From positions 1 to 29,014 of the forward strand of contig JAQBHB010000049.1 of NCBI GenBank assembly GCA_032128115.1: a stretch of 29,014 nucleotides of DNA, written 5' to 3'. The notes beneath the pieces were generated by a model. It was not told the origin of the DNA. It was given only the letters and a program-made list of their open reading frames with translations, and searched no databases. This document shows positions 9,428 through 18,092 of the stretch, one piece after another. The position numbers were made by a program, and so were the translations under genes. The first letter of the stretch is position 1; each line of letters starts with the position of its first letter. The stretch comes from Deltaproteobacteria bacterium. GTDB lineage: Bacteria > Myxococcota_A > UBA9160 > SMWR01.

Positions 9428-10912
9428 TCAGGCCTTCAGGTTCCTCACGAGATCGGCAGCCGTTGCTGAACTGTCCAGCAACTCCTCCACGTGAGCCCTG
9501 GAGCCCCTGAGCGGCTCCGACATCATGATCCTCTTGATCGGCTCCTCGCCGACGCTGAACGAAATCGAGTCCCAGTTGACCCCGAATACCGCCGGGCTGT
9601 AGCGCCGCAGACATTCGCCGCGAAAATACGCCCGGGTGTCCTCGGGCGGCTTGTGAATGGCGGCGGTGATCTCTTCGTCCGTCGCGATCCGTTCGGCACG
9701 CCCCTGCCTCTCGAGAATATAGTACAAGCCCTTGTCCGGGCGAAGGTCGTGGTACTGCAGGTCCATCATGTGCACCTGCGGCGAGTCCCAGTCGACCGAC
9801 TTGCGCTCCATGAAGCTCTCGATGAGCGACTTCTTCATGACCCAGTCGATCTGCTGGTCGAGTTCCATGGGATCCCGCGCGAGGGCGCTGACCACATGCT
9901 CCCATTTTTCGAGCACATCCTTGATATCGGGCGTCACGTCGCGGCTGGCGGCCCAGGCCTGGGCCATCTCCAGGTAGTCGGCCTGCATCTGAACGGCCGT
10001 GATCTTCTTGCCGTTCTCCAGCTGCAGCTCGAGCCTGCAGCGGGTGTCCCGGGAGACTTCCTTGATGGCCCGCACCGGATCGCGGAGCGACAGGTTCTTG
10101 CCGATCGCCCCGTCCTCGATCATGGCCAGCACGATCATGGTGGCGCCATTGCGCAGGTAGATCGTGTACTCGCTCAGGTTGGCATCGCCCACGATCGCGT
10201 GCAGGCGCCGATACTTCTCGCGATCTGCATGAGGCTCGTCGCGCGTATTGATGATGGGGCGCTTGACCATGGTGTCCAGCGCCACCTCGGTCTCGAAGAA
10301 GTCGGCCCGTTGGGAGAGCTGGTAGTCACAGCTCTGGCCCCGGTTCTCGCTGCCCACCTTGCCGGCGCCGGTGTAGACCTGTCGCGTCACGAAGAACGGC
10401 ATCAGGTGCTCGACGATCTGCTTGAAGGACGTCCGGCGGTCCATCAGGTAGTTCTCGTGCGAGCCGTAGCTGTTGCCCTTGCGATCGCTGTTGTTCTTGT
10501 AGATCAGCATCTCGCTGCCGGCCGGCAGCAGGGCGTTGGCCTCGCGCCGGCTGGCCTCCAGGATGCGCTCGCCGGCCTTCTCGTGGATCACCAGCTCCCG
10601 CGGATTGGTCACCTCCGGACACGAATACTCCGGGTGGGCGTGATCCACGTAATAGCGCGCCCCGTTCACCAGGGTCTTGTTGCGGGCGATGTTCTCCTGC
10701 TGGTTGGGGGTGTACTTCTCCCCCTCGACCTGGAAGCCGCGGGCATCGGCCAGCGGATTCTCCTGGTCGTAATCCCACAGGATCTGGGACGAGTGATCTT
10801 CGCGGTATGCGTTGACCAGTAGGACGCAGCTGGAGATCGGGTCGAAGTCAGGATCGCCCTTTACGGTGATCCCGTACTCGATCTCTGTTCCCATCACCCT
10901 GGGTGTGGCCAT
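9428..10912 (-). CDS. dop: Depupylase/deamidase Dop
   Basis: RVMGTEIEYGI, Dop-loop WDYDQENPLADARGF, NGARYYVDHAHPEYSCPEV, YKNNSDRKGNSYGSHENYL, LSQRADFFE.EV.LDT..KRPIINTRDEPHAD, PPEDTRAYFRGECL, NWDSI, EPLRGSRAHV. Confidence 0.97.
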   Translation of the reverse strand: MATPRVMGTEIEYGITVKGDPDFDPISSCVLLVNAYREDHSSQILWDYDQENPLADARGFQVEGEKYTPNQQENIARNKTLVNGARYYVDHAHPEYSCPEVTNPRELVIHEKAGERILEASRREANALLPAGSEMLIYKNNSDRKGNSYGSHENYLMDRRTSFKQIVEHLMPFFVTRQVYTGAGKVGSENRGQSCDYQLSQRADFFETEVALDTMVKRPIINTRDEPHADREKYRRLHAIVGDANLSEYTIYLRNGATMIVLAMIEDGAIGKNLSLRDPVRAIKEVSRDTRCRLELQLENGKKITAVQMQADYLEMAQAWAASRDVTPDIKDVLEKWEHVVSALARDPMELDQQIDWVMKKSLIESFMERKSVDWDSPQVHMMDLQYHDLRPDKGLYYILERQGRAERIATDEEITAAIHKPPEDTRAYFRGECLRRYSPAVFGVNWDSISFSVGEEPIKRIMMSEPLRGSRAHVEELLDSSATAADLVRNLKA

Positions 10913-10942
10913 CAGGTCTCCGCACTCGCCCTGGCTGCTCCC

Positions 10943-12826
10943 CTACAGATACTGGCCCGAGGTGATGTTCTCAATCGATCGCTCCTTTCGATTGATGTTC
11001 GTCATCAGGGTGCGGACGTTGATGATGCGCTCACCCTTGCGCCCCGAGATGCGAGCCCAGTCGTCAGGATTGGTGGTATTCGGAAGATCCTCGTTCTCCT
11101 TGAACTCGTCGTTCACGGATTCGATGACGTCCTCGAGCTTGATGCCTCGCTCCTGGTGTTGGATCACCCGCTTCACGGCCTTCTTCTTGGCGCGCGCCAC
11201 GATGTTCTGGATCATGGCACCGCTGGAGAAGTCCTTGAAGTAGAAGATCTCGCGCTCGCCCTTGGCGTAAGTCACCTCGAGGAACTTGTTCTCCTCGGTG
11301 GTTTCGTACATGCGTGTGATCGTGTCCTCGATCATGCCGCTGGCGATCTTCACCGCGTCGCTGCCGTACTTGGCCTCGGCGGAGGGGTGAAACGGCAGAT
11401 CGGGCGTCAGATACTTCGAGAAGATGTCGCGAGCCGCATCGGCGTCGGGCCGATTCACCTTGATCTTGAGATCCAGGCGTCCGGGCCGCAGCACCGCGGG
11501 ATCAATCAGATCCTGACGGTTGCTGGCGCCGATCACGATCACGTTCTGCAGCGACTCGACGCCGTCGATCTCCGACAGGAACTGCGCCACGACCGTGGCC
11601 TCCATATCCGACGAGATGCCCGAGCCGCGCATGCGGAACAGGGAGTCCATCTCGTCGAAGAAGATCACGACCGGGATGTCCTCGCTGGCCTTGTCCCGGG
11701 CCTTCTTGAAGACTTCGCGCAGCTTGTGCTCGGTTTCGCCCACGTACTTGTTGAGCAGCTCCGGGCCCTTCACGTTGAGGAAGTACGGCGTGGTGGCCTT
11801 GCCGGTGCGCTTCTCCACGCTCTTGGCCAGGCTGTTCGCCACCGCCTTCGCGATGAGGGTCTTGCCGCAACCGGGCGGGCCGTAGAGCAGGATGCCCTTG
11901 GGCGGCGCCAACTTGTGCTCGGCGAAGACCTCCGGGTACAGGTACGGCAGCTCCACCGAGTCCCGCAGGACCTCGATCTGCTCGCCCAGGCCGCCGATGC
12001 GATCGTAGGTAACGTCGGGAATCTCCTCGAGCACCACCTCTTCGACGGACGACTTGGGCAGCTTCTCGAAGGCGTAGTGCGTCCGCGAGTCCACCAGGAC
12101 GTGGTCGCCCACCTTGAGTTTCTCGCTGCGCAGGGGTTCGGCAAGCGTCACGACCCGCTCGTCGTCCGTGTGACCCAGGACGATGGCGCGGTTGTCGTCG
12201 ATCAGGTCGACGATGGACGCGATCTCACCGCGGGACACGTAGCCCGAGGGCTCCACCACGTTGAACGCCTCGTTCAGCACCACGTGTTGGCCTTCTTCGA
12301 AGCGGAAGGCATCCAGGTCCGGGTGGACATTGACCCGCATGGGGCGACCGTCGACCATGATCTCGGCAGTGCCGTCCTTGTTGGCCCGCTGGAAGACCCC
12401 GTAGTTGTTGGGCGGCGCGCACAGTTTGTCGACCTCCTCCTTCAGGAGTTCGATCTGCTGCTTCGCTTCCTGCAGCACGCTCACCAGGCGCTCGTTCTGG
12501 CGCTCGGCATCGGCGCACTGCTCGCGGGTCATGTGGTAGCGGCGACGCAGGGCCTCGAACTCGGCCAGCATCCGATCCAGGCGGCGCCGGAACTCGGCGG
12601 AATCGGAACCGAACAGGCGGATTGCGTCCTGCAGATCCTCGATGCCGTCCTGGTACGGGCGGCCCGCTCCCAGCTCCTGCGGGGGCGCGTCCGCCTGGGG
12701 TGTCGCGTCCGAAGAGGGCGCGGGGACGCTGTCGTCCCCGTCCTCGCGCGGTCCCGCTGACGAAATGCGCCGCATGACATCCCTGACGAATCCCTTGCGA
12801 CCAGAGCCCGAATCGAACTCGCTCAT
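10943..12826 (-). CDS. arc: Proteasome-associated AAA ATPase ARC/Mpa
   Basis: Pup-binding coiled coil (QNERLVSVLQEAKQQIELLKEEVDKLCAPP), OB domains, Walker A GPPGCGKT, pore loop LLNKYVGETE, Walker B FFDEMD, SRH DPAVLRPGRLD, EDLPNTTNPDDWARISG, C-terminal GQYL proteasome-docking motif; GGAGAG SD. Confidence 0.98.
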   Translation of the reverse strand: MSEFDSGSGRKGFVRDVMRRISSAGPREDGDDSVPAPSSDATPQADAPPQELGAGRPYQDGIEDLQDAIRLFGSDSAEFRRRLDRMLAEFEALRRRYHMTREQCADAERQNERLVSVLQEAKQQIELLKEEVDKLCAPPNNYGVFQRANKDGTAEIMVDGRPMRVNVHPDLDAFRFEEGQHVVLNEAFNVVEPSGYVSRGEIASIVDLIDDNRAIVLGHTDDERVVTLAEPLRSEKLKVGDHVLVDSRTHYAFEKLPKSSVEEVVLEEIPDVTYDRIGGLGEQIEVLRDSVELPYLYPEVFAEHKLAPPKGILLYGPPGCGKTLIAKAVANSLAKSVEKRTGKATTPYFLNVKGPELLNKYVGETEHKLREVFKKARDKASEDIPVVIFFDEMDSLFRMRGSGISSDMEATVVAQFLSEIDGVESLQNVIVIGASNRQDLIDPAVLRPGRLDLKIKVNRPDADAARDIFSKYLTPDLPFHPSAEAKYGSDAVKIASGMIEDTITRMYETTEENKFLEVTYAKGEREIFYFKDFSSGAMIQNIVARAKKKAVKRVIQHQERGIKLEDVIESVNDEFKENEDLPNTTNPDDWARISGRKGERIINVRTLMTNINRKERSIENITSGQYL

Positions 12827-12888
12827 ACCGCCCTCTCCTCGCCCATCGGTACCACGCCCATTGAGGCACCGCTTGGGAAGAGGATCCC

Positions 12889-12904
12889 TGCAAAGCGCGT
12901 GCCG
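12889..12904 (-). promoter_or_regulatory. Putative sigma54 (-24/-12) promoter for the Pup-proteasome operon
   Basis: Minus strand CGGCACGCGCTTTGCA vs consensus TGGCACG-N4-TTGCW; exact GG-N10-GC spacing; correct orientation, 62 bp before the arc ATG. Confidence 0.65.
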
Positions 12905-13212
12905 CGCTCTGAAACGGACCTCGTCTCACTCCCATCGGACACCGCTCGGGCCGTGTGCGAGAAAATCTTCCAGCTGGTGAAAAAGTGCAGCGAGAACGCA
13001 GCGATACTCGAAACGGCGGACACAGACCCGGCCGCGGACGCAACTGACGCGTCAAGCTCCCGATACGCGTTCGATTCGACCCCCATCCCGGCCTCTCGCG
13101 CGTCGCTGCCCATGCCTCGGCAGGGCGAGACGAAGCAATGATGGTGGCGCCATAGCGCCCTTTAGGGGGATGCTGAAAGACGCCGAACCTATCGAAATCC
13201 CAAACCTTTTCG

Positions 13213-13240
13213 AGTCTACCCCACGGCCCTTGGGTGTCAA
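13213..13240 (-). promoter_or_regulatory. Putative distal sigma70 promoter facing arc
   Basis: Minus strand TTGACA-N16-TAGACT (perfect -35). Confidence 0.55.
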
Positions 13241-13629
13241 CCGTCGGGCGCCCGCAACCCGGGCGCGCAAGCCGCCGGCGCACCTCGGGATTTCGCGGCC
13301 GGGGCGCGCGCGTTCGAATTGCGGCGATCTGCGAGAAAGTTGCAGATGAGCTGCTCAGCCCCTGCAACCCGGTGATGCAATGCTGCCGATTCGTTGTGTC
13401 TTTTGACAGGCGAGCGTCAGCGGTTCAGCCCTTCCCGTGGGGTGCCGAAGTTTGCGGCACCCGGAAATCGCGGAACTTCCCTGCCCAAACACGGCACTCG
13501 AGAGAACCTTCCCGAGGGGCTTCAGCAGCCGGCAGGAGACGCCGCAGAGGGGCCATCCCCGCAAGCGACTTCACACCGCGCCCTGCCCTGGCCGGACCTG
13601 GCCTGCCCTGGACGGACAAACAGGGCGCT

Positions 13630-14379
13630 TCATTCCGCATCCAGCTGGAGCTTCAGCACCCTGACGCCAGCGGGCGGATCGAAGCGGAACACCGAGGCCG
13701 CGGGATCCCGATTCGTCTCGACCTTCGAAAAGGCCACGATCGTGACGTTCCCCAGCAGGTCCACCAGGGTGGTCTCCCGGATCTCGCCGGTATTCGGGTC
13801 CACCCGGATGCCCAGCTTCTCGTAGCTGGCATCCTCGCGAGGCAGGAGCGCAAGGCTGGCCGAGGCCGTCCCGCAGTTCTCGGCTCGCACGTGGAAATCG
13901 CGCCGGATGTCGCCTTCCCCCAGCAGGAACTGGATCGCGGCCCCCTGCAGATACTCGGAGCCCGACAGCTGGTGTTGCTGGACCTCCCGGTTCGCGGGGT
14001 CGTAGATCCAGAGCGTCTCACCGTTGGTCACCGTTTCGCTGGGCTGGGGCAACTCGTAGGTCCAGCGCATGCGTCCGGGCTTGGCGAACACCACGCTGCC
14101 GCTGGCCTCGAGTCCTCCCGGCGCCGGGCCGCCCCCCATCGCCACCGAACGGGTGCTCTGGCTGAAGTGGGCCTTCAGATCGCGGACCGAGGCGTAGCGC
14201 GCCTGGACTGCATCCACCGCGGCCTCGGCGCAGGCGGAGAGAGCCTCGGCTGGCTCATCGGCGCCCGCCGGCGCCGCCACCAGCAGGGCCAGGAGCAGTC
14301 CCGGAACTCGCAGGGCGAGGAGCCGCATCAAGGCGTTGGACGCAGCCAGCGGGCGTTGCTTCGAAGCGCGCAAACTCAC
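13630..14379 (-). CDS. lolA: Outer-membrane lipoprotein carrier protein LolA
   Basis: Signal peptide (LLALLVAAPAGA); AHFSQ, SGSVVFAKPGRMRWTY..P, VTNGETLWIYDP, D.LGNVT..AF, FRFDPPAGVRV; downstream of ftsK with overlap. Confidence 0.9.
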   Translation of the reverse strand: MSLRASKQRPLAASNALMRLLALRVPGLLLALLVAAPAGADEPAEALSACAEAAVDAVQARYASVRDLKAHFSQSTRSVAMGGGPAPGGLEASGSVVFAKPGRMRWTYELPQPSETVTNGETLWIYDPANREVQQHQLSGSEYLQGAAIQFLLGEGDIRRDFHVRAENCGTASASLALLPREDASYEKLGIRVDPNTGEIRETTLVDLLGNVTIVAFSKVETNRDPAASVFRFDPPAGVRVLKLQLDAE

Positions 14380-16757
14380 GGCTCGAGTGCGCTGATGAAC
14401 ACCTCGCGCGACTTCGTGCCCACCTGGGGTCCCACCACCCCCTCGTTCTCCATGTGCTCGATCATGCGGGCGGCCCGGTTGTAGCCCACCTTGAGACGCC
14501 GCTGGATGTAGGAGATCGAGGCGTTGCGCGATTCGGCCACGATGGCCAGCGCCCGATCGTACATCTCGTCCACATCCTCGTCGCTCGACTCGCTCGATTC
14601 CGCCTCTTCACGAATCCTCAGCAGGTCGTCGTCGAATTCGGGAGCACCCTGCTCGCGCAAAAACGCCACGAGCTCCGCCACCTCACTCTCGGAAACGTAG
14701 GCGCCGTGCATGCGTTGGAGTTTGGACGTGCCGGGCGGGAGAAACAACATGTCTCCCTGTCCCAGCAGGTTGTCCGCCCCGTTCTGGTCCAGAATCGTGC
14801 GCGAGTCGGTGCGCGACGACACCTGGAACGACACGCGTGCCGGGAAGTTCGCCTTGATCACCCCCGTGAGCACGTCGACGCTGGGCCGCTGGGTGGCCAG
14901 CACCAGGTGGATGCCGGCGGCGCGCGACATCTGCGCCAGCCGCTGGAGCGCCTCTTCCACGTCGCGGGCCGACACCACCATCAGGTCGGCGAGCTCGTCG
15001 ATCACCACGACGATGTAGGGAAGGCGGCGGAACTCGATCTCCTCGCCCTCTTCCTCACCGGGCTTGCTCCTGAGGCGGAACGTCTCCACCCCCTCCGCCG
15101 CCGCCTTGTCGGCGCGCTCGTTGTATTGGGCGATGCTGCGCACACCCAGCGCGGCCATCATCTGATAGCGCTGCTCCATCTTGTGGACGATGCCGTTGAG
15201 GGCCGCTGCCGCGCGCTTCGGATTGGTCACCACGTCGGCGATCAGGTGCGGGATGCCTTCGTAGATCGAGAGCTCGAGCAGCTTCGGGTCGACAAGCAGC
15301 AGCTTCAGCTCGTCGGGCGTGGCGCGACACAGGAGCGAGCACAGCAGGCTGTTCAGGAACACGCTCTTGCCCGTGCCCGTCGCACCCGCCACCAGGAGGT
15401 GGGGCATCTTCGCCAGGTCCGCGTGGGCCGAGTTGCCGAAGATGTCCTTGCCCAACGCAATGGCGAGCTTCGAGGAATCGGCGCGCAGGGTTTCGGATTC
15501 GAGCACCTCGCGCAGGTACACCACCTCGCGCTGGGCGTTGGCGACCTCGATCCCCACCACCGACTTCCCGGGCAGGGGCGCGATGATCCGCACGGACAGG
15601 GCGCGCAGCGCCAGCGCCAGGTCGTCGGACAGGCCCGTGATGCGGTTCACCTTGACCCCGGAAGCGGGCTCGAACTCGTACATGGTGACCACCGGGCCCG
15701 GGTGCACGGTGACCACGCGCCCCCCGACACCGAAGTCCATGAGCTTCTTCTCGAGGATCCGCGAATTCATGATCAGGCTGTCGCGGTCGTAGCTGCGTTG
15801 GCCCTCCGGCGGCCGCCCGAAGATCTCGATATTGGGCAGCTCGTAGGGGCCCTCGTGCTTGCGGTCGTCGAAGTCGAAGGTCTCCTGCTTCACGGGCTTG
15901 GATCCGAGTTCGACCGTGTGGTCCACGATGGTGGGATCGTCGCCCGCGGCCCTACGCCGGCCGGCGCCGATGGCCACGGCCTCCTGCTCCGGCGCCGTGC
16001 CCTGGGGCTCCTGCGGGCCTCGCACCTGCAGCATGCGAACGCGCCGAGCCCGCCGCTCGCGCCACACCACCACGGCCGCCAGCCCGCGACCGAAGCCGGC
16101 CCCGAGCTCGGCAAGCCCCGCGCGCAGACTGCGCGCCAACGACACCAGCCCGCGACCCGCCCCCATCACCAGGCCCCCGAAGGCACCGGCCAGCCAGCCG
16201 AAGCCGCGTCCCAGGACCGCGAGGGCCGCGCTGCTGGAGATGCCGGTGGCGCCCAGCAGGCCCACGCCTACGAAGACGCCGTTGAGCAGCAGGGCCCCCC
16301 AGTTGCCCACGAGCCAGGTCTGGTGGGTGGCCAGGAAGGCGCCCAGATGTCCTCCGGTACCCAGGACGACCGCGCCTTGCGAGGCCTCGGCAACCAGCGG
16401 CGGCAGCGTGGCCACGGAGATCAACAGCAGCGTCGCTCCCACCCAGAAGCGGGACGAGACGGAGGCGAGGCCCCGGCCGGCGATCAGGCGGATCCCCACC
16501 ACCGCCGACGCCCCCACTCCCACGAGGGCCCCGGAGCCCAGTCCACGCAGCAGCAGGGCGGCCAGCGTCGCCCCGATCACCCCGGCCCGGTTGCTGACCA
16601 GCGTGCGTTCGAAGACCGGGTCCGTGGGCGAGTAGGTGGCCAGGGCCAGGGCCGAGATCAGGGCACCGCCCAGAAGGGCTACCCCCACGCACTCCTCGAG
16701 CACGCGGCTCGAGGGAGCGAAGCGGGTCAGGCCACCGGGTTTCCTGCGGCGAGCCAT
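14376..16757 (-). CDS. ftsK: DNA translocase FtsK
   Basis: N-terminal TM domain; PGPVVTMYE, DLAKMPHLLVAGATGTGKSV, LVDPKLLELSIYEGIPHL, IVVVIDELADLM, RAAGIHLVLATQRPSVDV, gamma domain SISYIQRRLKVGYNRAARMIE. Confidence 0.98.
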   Translation of the reverse strand: MARRRKPGGLTRFAPSSRVLEECVGVALLGGALISALALATYSPTDPVFERTLVSNRAGVIGATLAALLLRGLGSGALVGVGASAVVGIRLIAGRGLASVSSRFWVGATLLLISVATLPPLVAEASQGAVVLGTGGHLGAFLATHQTWLVGNWGALLLNGVFVGVGLLGATGISSSAALAVLGRGFGWLAGAFGGLVMGAGRGLVSLARSLRAGLAELGAGFGRGLAAVVVWRERRARRVRMLQVRGPQEPQGTAPEQEAVAIGAGRRRAAGDDPTIVDHTVELGSKPVKQETFDFDDRKHEGPYELPNIEIFGRPPEGQRSYDRDSLIMNSRILEKKLMDFGVGGRVVTVHPGPVVTMYEFEPASGVKVNRITGLSDDLALALRALSVRIIAPLPGKSVVGIEVANAQREVVYLREVLESETLRADSSKLAIALGKDIFGNSAHADLAKMPHLLVAGATGTGKSVFLNSLLCSLLCRATPDELKLLLVDPKLLELSIYEGIPHLIADVVTNPKRAAAALNGIVHKMEQRYQMMAALGVRSIAQYNERADKAAAEGVETFRLRSKPGEEEGEEIEFRRLPYIVVVIDELADLMVVSARDVEEALQRLAQMSRAAGIHLVLATQRPSVDVLTGVIKANFPARVSFQVSSRTDSRTILDQNGADNLLGQGDMLFLPPGTSKLQRMHGAYVSESEVAELVAFLREQGAPEFDDDLLRIREEAESSESSDEDVDEMYDRALAIVAESRNASISYIQRRLKVGYNRAARMIEHMENEGVVGPQVGTKSREVFISALEP

Positions 16758-16907
16758 GGTCTAACCACGCACCTGCGCCCCGCGCGCGCGAGCGACATGC
16801 GCCGAGTCGAGATGGAAAGCCTCCTGCGTCCCCACGTCCGGGAACACACCGGAGGTCCGATTCCAGATGAACACGTCCCTCACCCCCTGGGACGAAGAAT
16901 GCACGGG

Positions 16908-16937
16908 AGGGTACCGACGGCGCGAGCGCAGCGTCAA
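16908..16937 (-). promoter_or_regulatory. Putative sigma70 promoter for ftsK-lolA
   Basis: Minus strand TTGACG-N18-TACCCT, ~150 bp upstream of the ftsK ATG. Confidence 0.4.
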
Positions 16938-17079
16938 CCGCAGGCCGGGAGAGCGCCCGATGCGGGTCGGACGCCCCCCGGTTGACCCCGCGTTTGCCCC
17001 CGAACGCGTGAAAAAGAGAACCGCGGTTCACGCCCGGTCCAGGCGTCCGGGGCACCCCGAGGTTTCGCGCACGCGGCGC

Positions 17080-17142
17080 GCCTTGACGCCCTGCTTCGAC
17101 GCCTTGCCCCCCAGCCTCGACGCCTTGACGCCCTGCCTCGAC
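17080..17142. repeat. 21-bp tandem repeat x3 upstream of ssb
   Basis: gccttgacgccctgcttcgac / gccttgccccccagcctcgac / gccttgacgccctgcctcgac. The third copy's TTGACG is followed at N17 by GATGAT (17148-17153). Confidence 0.85.
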
Positions 17143-17188
17143 GGCGGGATGATTGCCGGCGCACCCCACGCCGACGGAGAAAACAGTC

Positions 17189-17701
17189 ATGGCGAGTGTC
17201 AACAAGGTCATCGTGATCGGAAATCTGGGCCGCGACCCCGAGCTCCGCTACACACAGAGCGGTCAGGCCGTTGCGAACTTCAGCGTGGCCACCACCGAGC
17301 GCTTCGGAGGGAAGGATGGCAGCGAGCCGCAAGAGCGCACCGAGTGGCACCGGATCGTGACGTGGGGCAAGACCGCCGAGAACTGCGCCCAGTATCTGGC
17401 CAAGGGGCGCCAGGTCTACGTGGAGGGAAGCCTCCAGACCCGCGACTGGGAAGATCGCGAAGGCAACAAGCGCCACACCACCGAGATCCGCGCCCAGCGC
17501 GTGCAGTTCCTGGGAACCCGTGGAGGAGGCCCGGGTGGCACGAGCGCCCCCGCATCCTCCGATCTGGACGCGCCCGGCGACAGCGGACCCTCATCCGGCC
17601 CGTCTGGACAATCGGGCAGCGGGGACGGCGCGTCTGGACAATCGGGCAGCGGGAGCGGCCCGTCTGGACAATCGGGCAGCGGGGACGACATCCCGTTTTA
17701 G
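17189..17701 (+). CDS. ssb: Single-stranded DNA-binding protein
   Basis: [57 protein letters not shown]-terminal DDIPF; GGAGA SD before ATG 17189. Confidence 0.98.
   Translation: MASVNKVIVIGNLGRDPELRYTQSGQAVANFSVATTERFGGKDGSEPQERTEWHRIVTWGKTAENCAQYLAKGRQVYVEGSLQTRDWEDREGNKRHTTEIRAQRVQFLGTRGGGPGGTSAPASSDLDAPGDSGPSSGPSGQSGSGDGASGQSGSGSGPSGQSGSGDDIPF
17601..17690. repeat. 30-bp tandem repeat x3 in the SSB linker
   Basis: cgtctggacaatcgggcagcggg core at 17601, 17631 and 17661, encoding SGQSGSG-xxx three times. Confidence 0.92.
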
Positions 17702-17711
17702 CGTTTGAGAA

Positions 17712-18092
17712 CTAGGCCCGGGTGCGGAGTTCGCGGACGAGTTGGTTGATCCGCGAGCGCGCCTGGTTGTCCAGGTCGTCGAACTCGATCCCCACTCCCT
17801 GGGGCTCGCCCGTGGTGCCTTCGGACATGTGGACGACCCGGCCCACCACCTCCAGTGGATCTTCGCTTCCCGGGATGGCGAACTGCAGGTGGACCTCGGT
17901 GCCCAACGGATGGATCTGATCCGTTTCGACGAAAACGCCACCCTCGTTGATATTGCGGGCGAACTCCGAGAAGAGCTGATCGACGGTCGTGTACTCGACG
18001 CGGACCACCACGTCGGTCCGCTCGGACTTGCGGCGCTCGAACTCCGCGCCGGAGTCGAGTTCCTGAGACGTTTCGGAACCCCACTTCGCCAT
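17712..18092 (-). CDS. Single-domain PilZ-like protein (TIGR02266-like)
   Basis: RRKSER (RxxxR) and ARNINEGGVFVET ([DN]x[SN]xGG) motifs, GTEVHLQF.IPG, GRVVH, GVGIEF. ATG 18092 has a GGAGG SD 8 nt upstream. Confidence 0.85.
   Translation of the reverse strand: MAKWGSETSQELDSGAEFERRKSERTDVVVRVEYTTVDQLFSEFARNINEGGVFVETDQIHPLGTEVHLQFAIPGSEDPLEVVGRVVHMSEGTTGEPQGVGIEFDDLDNQARSRINQLVRELRTRA

Noticed and set aside
13060..13210. Known RNA family (TPP or c-di-GMP riboswitch, SRP, tRNA)
   Set aside because: Diagnostic conserved motifs could not be matched by eye; kept only as an unassigned structured-leader candidate pending an Rfam search.
12823..13640. Small ORFs in the lolA-arc intergenic region (12823-13113, 12899-13141, 13052-13270 and others)
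   Set aside because: No recognisable motifs or convincing SDs, they overlap each other and the promoter candidates; a real small protein cannot be fully excluded.
14454..16985. Long antisense/alternate-frame ORFs (e.g. 14454-16985, 1313-3097, 11156-12760, 9491-10822, 24374-25729)
   Set aside because: They are shadows of well-supported genes, expected in high-GC DNA, and show no recognisable motifs.
17080..17690. Repeats around and in ssb as a CRISPR array
   Set aside because: Units are directly adjacent without unique spacer-length sequences, one set is in-frame coding, and no cas genes are present.
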